From the NCBI GenBank assembly GCA_903813345.2, contig CAIIXF020000001.1, positions 17,174,001-17,238,000 on the forward strand: a stretch of DNA of 64,000 nucleotides, read 5' to 3'. The position numbers and the translations under genes are program-made. Below are positions 53,665 to 64,000 of the stretch, piece after piece. Origin of the DNA: Owenia fusiformis. Its lineage: Eukaryota. Under the pieces are notes generated by a model, which had not been told where the DNA came from, searched no databases, and was given only the letters and a program-made list of their open reading frames with translations. The number at the start of each line of letters is the position of its first letter. The first letter of the stretch is position 1.

Positions 53665-54000
53665 CTTTAATATTTTTTCCATATGGGGAAGCTGTTTGCT
53701 CAGGTTCTGCAAGAAGCTCGTGTACTTTCTCAGGCCTGTTAAGCTTTTCTCCAAGAGCCTTTTTTTCCAATTCCAGTTTCATTCGTTTTGGGAATGTAAA
53801 AAAAGGTATAGATACGAAAAAGAAGATGGTTCCACAAATGAGAAACCCTGTCCACCAGGCTCCTATCCACTGGGGGTCATTGGGGTTAATCTTCAACTTC
53901 ATGAAATCAATGGAGAAGATATCCACGTAGTATTGGAGGAGGACGGCACCAAGGACGAATCCAAGTACAGGACCAAGGGCACCCATGGCATACATTGGGG
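53665..54000 (-). CDS. SLCO5A1: SLCO/OATP exon with the OATP signature
   Basis: ttgcag|CC CCA ATG...AAA G|gtagaa; contains DPQWIGAWWTGFL (OATP signature DxRWxGAWWxGFL). Confidence 0.95.
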
Positions 54001-55041
54001 CTGCAAGAGCAAAAAATGCATCGGTGTTAGGAAAATGCTCCTTCTACCCACTGTTTACATATGGTACCTATACAAAATCAGGTATACATATTGAGTGATA
54101 TTTTATGATCTAATCTGATATATAAAAGCAATTTATAGCGTCATGTCTTGCAACAGTTATACAAGTCTAACTGAATCATTACAATGTTTTATGGGACCAT
54201 TTGGAAAAATATTTACGCGGATCAGGTAGTCTGACAGATTAATTTAGGCCTTTTACACAGACTGTTGTCATGCACAAACAGATCCAAATATTGAAGAGGT
54301 TTCGCACAATGGGTTAACAATCCACTATCGCACCTCGTTTTAATCAAACAGCTACGCATAAATCTGGTGAATGCGTTACAGATTTTGGATATTGTACTAA
54401 AAACATTGTGCGAAACCTCTTTGTTTATCAATTACTTGTGTTTTATGGTATTTCTAAAATAACTCAAGGAGGGATGGGCAATGAGATGAAACAAACCCTG
54501 TAAATCACTTTCATGTTTCAGGTATTGAATGCTGTATTGAATGATTGCCTATTTATGCCATTTACCAATATAAAGTGCACCATTTACCTCATAAAAATGA
54601 ATAATTCATCCAATATCACAAAGCAAAATTAAACCCTAGAGGTCACTTTAACCTAGTTCACTTATTAGAGACACCATAAAACAATCATCAAACGAAAATA
54701 GTAATGGGTATGCTCATTCACATTCAAGTTTGTGTAATAAATTGCTATATCTGCTCTGTCTATTTTCTGGAATGAGGTATGAATTTTATATCACTTCCAA
54801 TTGCCTTAATTGGATTTTATTAATCCGTTTGAATATAATTGATGAGGCCAAGGTAAGTTAATTAGGTGTTCAATATTACTTTGTGCCTTTATTTCTGGGA
54901 TCTTTCCAAAAATTGTTATGGACATTGTTCAAAGAATATGCACCACTTTTACCAATTTCTGCATCTGTTGCGAGTCTTACACTTATTTATGAACTAAGGC
55001 AGGCAGCAAAGCATGCACAATAAAAAATCATTTAAGCTCAC

Positions 55042-55970
55042 CTATATGAATTGGACTTTTTGCTTTTGTGACATGGTCATCAACGTATGTGGTCCCAAGA
55101 GTGTATATCGGTGTACTTCCACTGCCGATCATAATCTGAGCCGCAATGAGAATAAGTACATATACCCAGTTGCCACTTCCCTCGTCAACACACTTTGTTG
55201 CCAGGAGATCTTCTTGATTCTGAGAGGAAGCCCGGCAGATATTCTCCTCTGTTACATTGGATAGTAAGTCTGTGTTAAGCGTTGAATATTGTTTTGATAT
55301 AAAATGGGGTAATGCAAATAAATATGATCCTATTCCCATGAATATGACACCTACGCCTATGAATTTGGGAATATGGCGTGTACTTCCTAGATAACTTACA
55401 AAAATCACAGATATAAGGGAACCAAACTCATACGATGCTGCGATGAGTCCAGATATTGTACTTCCAATTTCAAATCTTTTCTCAATTGTCGTTATAACAC
55501 CATTTAGATATCCAACAGTTAGCGTAGATGATACTCCTGAGAGCACACATATGGCAAAAACAAACATTTTAATATTGGCGCATTGTTGAAGACACATAGG
55601 ACGACACCGCCCGATGCCACATTCACGTTTTTCAACATTTTCCAAATCAAGTCCAGCTTGACCTTGAATTTCAATCAGTTCATTCACCTCTGTTTTTCCT
55701 TTTACTAATTCATACTGACTATCTGTGGTACTGATATCACTTAAAGGGGTAGGGTTTGGGTCAGCTAACGCCAACATTGAACCATTTTGGACATTATCAG
55801 GAGCCAAAGTGGAGGTGACGGGTAGAGATAATCCATGCCCTAACGATGTCTCATTTTCCTTGTTTTGTCCAGCCATAACATTGTCATCCCCTACCTCCAG
55901 GGAGAAACCCACTTCAGGCTCCGGAGTGCTAGTCCTAAATCCCCCATTATCAACACCATTCCCCACAGTA
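55042..55970 (-). CDS. SLCO5A1: SLCO/OATP exon (N-terminus, first transmembrane helices)
   Basis: ctttcag|T ACT GTG...ATA G|gtgagc; GYLNGVITTIEKRFEIGSTISGLIAASYEFG...VSYLGSTRHIP...LGTTYVDD, most like the Oatp30B/SLCO5A1 group as recalled. Confidence 0.93.
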
Positions 55971-56506
55971 CTGAAAGCATAGAATAAAACATGAGTAAAA
56001 TAAGAACCTGTGTTTATCAAACATTCTTCGAATATTATATTCCATATTTTCATTCCAAGATTCATGGGCTATCATCATTTCACAGATATTATGTAATTTT
56101 CATATTCATATCTATATCTAATTGCTATTAAATTAAAAAAATTTCTTGCAACTAAATCTACTTTCAATAACATGATAAATAATTAATTAATTAAGTAAAT
56201 CTGGTGTTAAAGTATGTCACTAAGTATTAGTCAAAGCAGAACCCTACACATAGAGTTAAAGAATTCAAAGAAATATTCAAACAAATAAAGAATTCAAAGC
56301 CACATAGAATATATAAAATATAAACAAATAATAAAATTAAAAGCCACATAAAACAATAACTAACTATAAAAAGCAAAATATAAAACTGTGTTGTAACATA
56401 TCATAAAGAGCCAAGAATCACCAGTGTACCTCATTGATAACTAAAAAAGCAAACAAATTAAATAACAAATAAAAGCAATTCTATTTATAGCACCCACACC
56501 TCTTAC

Positions 56507-56550
56507 CTCAATGGTATCACAAATATATCCTCCTTTTCCTTCTCCGACAT
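56507..56550 (-). CDS. SLCO5A1: SLCO/OATP first coding exon
   Basis: Acceptor ctttacag| at 56576, ATG at 56550: MSEKEKEDIFVIPL(S)|gtaaga; phase 2 matches the next exon. Confidence 0.7.
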
Positions 56551-58854
56551 TATATCATTTGATATTTAATATATACCTGTAAAGAAAGTCATCAATTCAT
56601 AGAGAATATTCCAGCCATTGCTTTATGACTCATTCTTATGCTGGCTGAGCCGTGAATGTGCATGTACTTTATAGCGTATAGAACTTCCTGCACAGATCAA
56701 TTGTAACATAACGATTAGATCAAAATAGAACTTGTTGTCCACCGTTATTAACTCCATTGAATAAACATGTCTCCCAATAAAAGATTTTCCTATTTGTAAA
56801 GATCATCGTTTGATTTCAACTTCTGAGAAGCAATATTATAGTGTGATATTGTGTGCTCATGACCTAAAACTTTTGAGTCGTAACCCAAACACACTGTGTA
56901 AACAGAATCAAAATATTCAACACGAATCACCTGCATATATGAACTTTACTTTGTAGGTGTTATAATAACGGTTTAATATTTGATGATTGGTATACTGATC
57001 TAATTTATCATGAAAAAGTGGGTTTATTGATCATAATGTCTTCACGCAGGATGGATCAATATGTTATATAAAAGGTACAATGATTCTGTAATACCCCTCC
57101 AGCCTTCTTGAAAGTAAAATGTAGATTGTATCTCAAAACAAAAACAAATGTTGAACTCGTATAATATAACTCTCTATTTTTGGATTTCTAATTGGCATTA
57201 CCTCTAAAAATAAAGGTGCTTATATTCATCCAAACAAATGTTTCTTTCAAGTAGAAAATATATCTGAAATCTCTAAGATCGCACATTCCAACGTTGCTAC
57301 AAATAGATTCAAGTTATTCCCTTCCAATAGATTTCCTTTTACCCTTTGCATTCATTCGATTTCACTTCTTAAAAGAGAGCTTCGTCTTTTTAACTAGACT
57401 CTGCACACAGGGTAATTTTCTTTTAGGTTTTCCTGTTTTTCTCACTAATGATGCAGCAATCTGTATGCGAGGATATACAAATGTTTTACATTTCATACAT
57501 TTGAATGAATACAGTTAAATTATTTGATTACAAAAATTGTTGTTTTGGGGAAAATGAAGAGATGAAGAAAGTAAAATATCATTTATCCCCAATAAGTGGA
57601 TATATCATGATTAAACGCTTTTGTGAAGTTTGTGCCAGCTTAGACTGTCCCGGGCTAGTTCTTAGATCTACTCAATTGTACTTGTATATCCTCTCTTAAA
57701 GAGGAAATATTTTTATAGGCAATTCTCATAAAATACATGCATTGGTGTTAATAACATTCATCCAAGGGAAGAACTACAGCTATTAGATAATCATTACATA
57801 GTCTATACATGTAGTAATATCTGAGAACATCCTTGGTCAAGGTGATCACTGTATACAGTCTGTCATTCCATGTAATTTCATGGTTGATTGAAAAATGATC
57901 AAGGTAACTGTTTAACTACTGATGATTGATGACTGGGCCATTCTGACATCAATCAGGCAAAATAAAGCGATCTTTGAAGCATTTGATCATTGTGTAAAAT
58001 GATCAGTCCATTTGAAAATGGGACGACTTCAGGATATCAGCAGGCAGATGTTGAAAGTTATTACCCACGTAATCATCTAATATATCTGCATATTTGTGTA
58101 GGAATTGCAATACATGTATTTAAAAGAACAATATTGACTAACTTATGATCTTAAACAATGTGGGTATGAATTAAAGAAGTACAAAGACTTATACATGCTA
58201 AAGACTATGTAGATGCTTATACTCATGGGGTCATTTATAGTCTCTAGAAAATCTAGTTTTTTACTCTTTCGGATTATCTTAAAACAGGGAATGCAAGAAA
58301 TACTTTATACAGGTAGCATTTCTTCATCAAAGGTAGCACTTATTATTGCATTCTACATCCAAAAATAAACCCTTCCAGGAAGCGTTTTGAAAACAGCAAA
58401 ATTAAGAGGGAATCATGCAATTTATCATTATCATAGCCGTTATAATACAGCATTCAATGCTACATTGTTTACAGCATATGGATATTTTTGCATTTTCATT
58501 TGAACACATGAATAAATATACATGTAGTATTATCAATAGTCAATTACAAAGACTGTATAAGTGCACATTCACCTGCAACCTAGAGGCCAGTGTAAAAGTC
58601 TAGCTCTTCTTATAAGAGATATATACAAAGTCAAACTCTTAATGAAGATGGATTTCCAACAAATTAATTTAATGTTGAGCAACTTACCAATAATTATGTT
58701 TAAGTATGTTCTTTGATATCCATCATATTTTCCTTTCACTCTTTATGACATCTTAAGTCAACAGATTTAACATTTGTTCAGTTCACCAACAAGTTGTTTC
58801 TTCAATTGCTGCAAATACATGTTTAAAACAGATCAATGGGTGAAATCTCAAGTA

Positions 58855-59037
58855 CAGTAAAACCTGTATAAAAGGAATACCTTTGGTTACAGTAAAAATG
58901 TTCCCTTTAAGAGGTTTTCATGTACAGGGGTTCATTTAACATTAAGTCAATTGGTCATGTGAAAGTGTTCTACTTACAGAGGTGTTCCACTTACTGATTC
59001 CAATTTACAGAGGTGTTTCACTTTACAGGTTTTACTG
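58855..59037. mobile_element. pogo/Tigger-like MITE
   Basis: TA|CAGTAAAACCTGTA...TACAGGTTTTACTG|TA. Confidence 0.8.
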
Positions 59038-59055
59038 TACTGTTTATACATAATA

Positions 59056-59303
59056 CATGGGCAAATTATATCAGGGCCCGTACAAGGTTGTATGACCCAT
59101 GTTCACTCTATGTAAATTAACGTAATTGCTCGTACTATACGAGCCTCATAAGAGCTTGTGATTATGAGGCCTGTCAGAACCTGTGAAAATGAGCCCTGTA
59201 CCCATACAGACCCGTATGAGGGGTGTGCTATTTTTCTTTATACTGGCTCGTAATTTTCGAGCCTCGTTCAAGCTTTTACGGGGCTTGGTATAATTTACCT
59301 GTG
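59056..59303. mobile_element. Degenerate TIR element
   Basis: CATGGGCAAATTATATCAGGGCCCGTA versus reverse complement of the right end CACAGGTAAATTATACCAAGCCCCGTA. Confidence 0.45.
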
Positions 59304-60405
59304 TAGATACCCATCAATTTTGTATGACATCATCACCAAGTAGAAAATATGTCATGTCAAGGTGACCAAAATCCTGTTGTTTCCAAAGGATTGCAAAACG
59401 TTTTTAATATCACTCTTCTGCACATGAGCCTAATTTTGTCACAGTCATACAATAGCACTCATTTATTCTATTTTTTATCTATTGATTCATATTAATGTAA
59501 TAATAACTGATATGATGAACAATATTCATTATTTTATGTTGTTCACAATATAGTAAATGAATACACTGTAAAAGATTCATCCTTCATTGCATTCATTATT
59601 TTCTAATAGCATAATTATTACATTTGCAACCTTAAACTTGTTTGTAAAGTCATCCATGAAATATACTGACCATTCATGTAACCCTTTTTATAATATAAAT
59701 CATCTTATTTAGCCAAAAAAGAATTACTTCATCCCTTTAGGGGTCTTAACGCAATTAAAAAACATATATGTACAATAACTATACTACATAGTACATATGC
59801 ACTGTATTTATAGTGTATGAATTACATCAACCATTACATTGAATGCTCATCAAATTGCTGGTCATCTGCCATAAATTTATAACATTTTTAACATTAAATT
59901 GTTTATAAAGTAAGTAGTATCATTTCTATTTAATGTTCACATGGATATCTTTTTTTAATTTACAAGATTGGAGAACGTTTTCAGAATTTCAGATACTCAG
60001 CTCTATTCTTATTTGGCCTGAGCAGCCTTTCTTGCTTGAAGATCTTGATATAACCCTACAGGAAAACATGTTTACGGGGAATGCGTCCCATACTGGCTGA
60101 AACCATTCCTTGTAGAGGAGTGCTCCTTAAAGGTGTTCCCCAAAAAGGTTTATTGTGTTATATTAACTCTGACCTTGACAGTTGACACACAAATGATCCT
60201 ATAAAATGAAATTTAAGAATACATCCAAGATATAAAATAAGAGCTTGGACAAAGAAACATTTTGGTGGATTCCTTGAAAAACATTGTGATTCTGTATCAC
60301 ACCTTGTCAAAATGACCTGTATAATGAATAGCATAATTTATATAATTTTCATGATTTTAATTAGCCATATTTAATGAAATGTAATATTTTTCTTAGTCTC
60401 AAGTA

Positions 60406-60566
60406 GAGTAAAACCTGGCTAAGTGGAACACCTTTGGTTACCTCTAAAAATGTTTCACTTGGGAAGTGTTCCACTTACAGAGGTTCTTTTAACATTAAGT
60501 CAAATGGTCCGGAGACTCTGAAAAGTGGTCCACTAACAGAGGTGTTTCAGTTTACAGTTTCAACTG
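60406..60566. mobile_element. pogo/Tigger-like MITE
   Basis: TAGAGTAAAACCTG...CAGTTTCAACTG|TA; body similar to 58855..59037. Confidence 0.7.
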
Positions 60567-61656
60567 TATTTACATATTTACAAGATCAATTATTATAGAA
60601 TTATTCTGAAGGTGCAGCACAATCTTAGATATTTGAAAATCCACTGACGGAGTAAAACATCTAGTCATGCTCTGTATGCCTTTGTTCATCTCATAGCAGG
60701 GCTAGATTTAATTATTTGACATATTGAATTCCAATTTAGCGAAAGTGTTTTTCATCCTGAAGTCTATAGTAAATCAATCTACCCTAAAGTATATATGACC
60801 TCTCAATAAAATACAATAAAAAATGTCAAAATAAATCGGCAAACATGCTGTCTAACTGATTGAAAAATAACAATTTTGCAAGGTGTAAAATTGGTAAAAT
60901 CAGAAACAAACGATAAAAAACTGCAACTTGAGAATTGAGATACGACAATAAAAATTGTATTATGAGCTATTTATTGTCTAACTAATGGGTGACTGTTTAT
61001 ACAAAAATGATGGTGCATAAAGGTGCTTCCTTGTGCCTCATAAAGTATCGCTGAGTGTGATATTACTACAGAGAAAGGGCTTAATCCTCAATGAATAATA
61101 GATTTAATGCAATTCTCCCTTCCCTTACTTTGATGTAACTTTGGAGTCAATACTCTAGATAAATAGAAAATGATTGCATGCAGTCGGTCAACCACATACA
61201 TTTTGAGGTTTAAAAATGAACATGCCAGAAATGCATCAAAATACAAGAGGCTACACAGTTGTTAGCCAAACCCAAAGAATATACAATTACCTTAGGTCTC
61301 TAACATATTATATGTATTTTTAATTCAGTTCTTTTCTATAAAATCTTTAATGCATGATTATTGGAGTTAAATAGGAACATTTGAAAAAATCAACGACAGA
61401 TGCTGTCAAAAATTATTCTCTCTCTGAGGGAGAACTTTAGAAAACAACTTTTCAAATTGATAGCTATGATTTTTGCAGGTTTAAGCTACATTTGAGCTCC
61501 TGATAGCTCAAATTATTTAAATAAATAATTCAATGCTTCCAAAATGATTGATAAGATAAGGTTTGGGATAATATCTAAATTGCAATGATTGATATTAATG
61601 ATATTCTAAAACTGTAATGTTCAGACTCTGCTATAACAAAATTAGTGTTCTCTCAC

Positions 61657-61716
61657 CTTGATCTTGGAGCACTACAATTTGCCAACGACCCGACCTCGAC
61701 CTCCTCGCAAGTCAAA
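61657..61716 (-). other. Candidate upstream SLCO exon (5'UTR or alternative N-terminal coding exon)
   Basis: tgttgttcag|...caag|gtgaga, 60 nt, GC-richer than flanks; open in phase 2/2 (LTCEEVEVGSLANCSAPRS), compatible with the 55970 acceptor. Confidence 0.45.
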
Positions 61717-63950
61717 CTGAACAACACAACACAACAGAATACAATATTAAAACCATTACTTAACAATGGAAGATCACAATGAACACTTCTTAATACCTCT
61801 CCGAAACAAAGCAAAGAAAGTTTTAGAACATTTAAATAAACAGGTTTATTAAAGGGCTCCTATTCAAAGTTTACAGTTAAAGGAAATTCATAATTAGCTC
61901 ATTGTGGGTATCATTATATTCATAATCTAGATTATCCCTTTAGTGCATGAATAAAGTTTGAAAGGGTCATCTGTGTATAACAAGTACACTCGTACTTATT
62001 TTGAAAAATATACAGGCTGGGCCAAAAGTGGTAAAAAGGTTTTGATTTCCATTTTTATGCTTCTGAACAGACGTAATGCTAACTCGGGAGAAAAAATTCC
62101 AATAGTAGCAAATCCAAGAACAAAACATTTTTTCAAATCACTCATAATTTTGAACTCAACATGATAGCAATTTTGAAAATCAGTGGCTAATTTTACATCT
62201 AAAGTTCAAAATCCAAAATTTGTTTTGAATGTCCTAAACAAGGATGCAAGATTGTGTTTTATAACCACTTGGGCAAAGCAAAATTAACTTTTACTTATTC
62301 AGATTCAATGAAGGACCATTGACATTTTTATTAGGACAAGACAACCCCAAAAACAAATACATATAATTATGTCAAAATGCTTTTCTTACATTTTGTCTTA
62401 TAAGTGAAGTAGCTTCATCACAGTAAAAACAAGTTTTAACATCTGTTTGCTGATTTGAAGAGTATAAAGGTGTGTTTCTCGTATTTGTTAGCTCATATCC
62501 TTTGCCCTTCCTTAATCAATCAAATTCAATCTTTACAATTACATGTATTCCCTTTTGTTGAATTCATGAAATCAATTTTCTCAATTCAATTGACCCCCTT
62601 GCTAACCATTTATTTCCCCCCTCCGTCTCTGTTTCCCAATTCCCCATTGCTCAATTTCATCAATGTCAAGTATTTCGTAAATAGACTCTCCTCAATTTCA
62701 TCATTCCTTATTGTAAATTACACTATTTTATCACTTTCTATAATTAATTTTGTATACACCACATTGCTCAATCGTATCATTCCCCATTCTGATACTCACA
62801 GCATCTTTCTGTTTCACCAGAAACATGCATCTCAAGACAGAGAAGAAATGAGATACCATGGTTTATCATGATGATCATTCCCCATTAATACCCCAACCCT
62901 TAATTTCATATAATTGCCCATTGCTCCATTAATCCACATTCACTTAATTTAATAGAATTATTAAGCTAAATAATTCATTCAACTCAAATCGCTCTGCTCA
63001 ATCAATTCAACCAATCACACTATTTACTAAAGTAAAACTAATCCTAATAGCTCAAAGTATCTTTATCTCTCCTTCCCCTATTGAAACGGCATTGTATTTC
63101 ACATATGGCTAACCGCAATGAAAATGGCTCATCATTAAACAGTTTTATTAACACTTGCCAAGTTGGCTTGTTTTATATGAGTACAAATGTACTTAGATTT
63201 AACCAGTGGCTACTTACCAGTTCTATATTAATTTTTCTGTTTTAATGAGCATCCTTGTTGAAAGTACCATAATGAGCATTCCACATGTAAGTGTGAAATA
63301 TGTAAGACACATTACTACTTAGCTAACACTTTAAAACACTTCTTTCATGCATGATGATGATGCATGATGCAGGATCATTTCAATTGTTTTTCATTATCTA
63401 ATGATATACTATATTTTATAACGCTAGAATGCCATAAAGACTGAATCTAAAGGTACGAGAATACAGACCAGACCTGTTCATAATTTCTGCCAGTTGCGCA
63501 ATAGCAAGACAACCAAAAGTACAAATAACAAGTTTCTAATTATTGCTCGATGCAAGACAGTATGGGACAAGTAACATCAAAATAAAGAAAATTGACCATC
63601 CTAATCATATAGTACTAATGTATACCATATGTGTCTCAATTTATTGTATATGTATGTAGGTCTATTTCAAAGAAGACCAGAATCAAACTATTTTAAAGGG
63701 TAAAACAGATCTAGGTGAACTGAAGATAACCTGATATTTATTGTTCAGAATTTACAATTAAGAGATCCTGTTTAGTTGAAGGGGCTCACATCTAGGCTTG
63801 GACCTGGACCTGCCTAGTATAAGTACAATATGTACAGTATAACCTATATTTGTGGAACATGCTTGGTACCTCAATATAATCTTCCGCTTGGGAGGTGTTC
63901 CACTTTACATTAAGTTTTAAGTAACAGAACTTTTAGAAGTGGTCCACTTA

Positions 63951-64000
63951 TGCCTGGGTCACATTTGCTCCGATCCATCAGCCGGCACCTGGCCGAGTGA
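63951..64000. mobile_element. Harbinger/Tourist-like MITE, copy 3 (cut by window end), inserted in a pogo-like MITE starting near 63835
   Basis: TTA|TGCCTGGGTCACATTTGCTCCGATCCATC matches the left end of copies 1 and 2. Confidence 0.8.

Noticed and set aside
55971-56065. ORF-track N-terminus MNLGMKIW... for SLCO
   Set aside because: Lies upstream of a good polypyrimidine-AG acceptor at 55971; a phase-matched ATG exon exists at 56550
62800-62880. Possible SLCO upstream exon with a gtgagt donor
   Set aside because: The available ATG frames end in phase 0 or 1, not the phase 2 required; flanked by low-complexity CCCCATT repeats

Overview
AT-rich, intron-rich animal DNA, probably a lophotrochozoan or other marine invertebrate (inferred from gene content and repeat types). 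Two convergent host genes were rebuilt by hand from GT-AG splice sites and reading phase. (1) On +, the 3' half of a KANK (KN motif and ankyrin repeat) gene, exons from 4260 to 16636. It appears to have at least three alternative C-termini: a 566-aa acidic read-through tail ending in a hydrophobic segment (6020..7720), a 280-aa Ser/Gly FG-repeat exon (11903..12745), and a short basic tail (15692..16636). (2) On -, a complete 12-coding-exon OATP/SLCO transporter (SLCO5A1/Oatp30B-like, about 852 aa, 56550..23072). Its 19.5-kb intron holds a same-strand neurensin-like gene with an RFX/CCAAT promoter candidate. The same intron holds a 2-kb element with 102-bp TIRs carrying an intact three-exon Myb/SANT-like gene but no transposase. 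Non-autonomous DNA transposons are abundant: a mariner relic, pogo-like, Harbinger-like, hAT-like and Kolobok-like MITEs, an 860-bp Transib-like foldback, and Helentron-type (HINE) elements. One HINE carries a satellite array with 8 perfect DR4 nuclear-receptor motifs. A 60-bp tandem repeat has amplified an SLCO splice acceptor and exon start. No rRNA, tRNA or CRISPR features were seen. Family assignments come from recalled motifs, not database searches.
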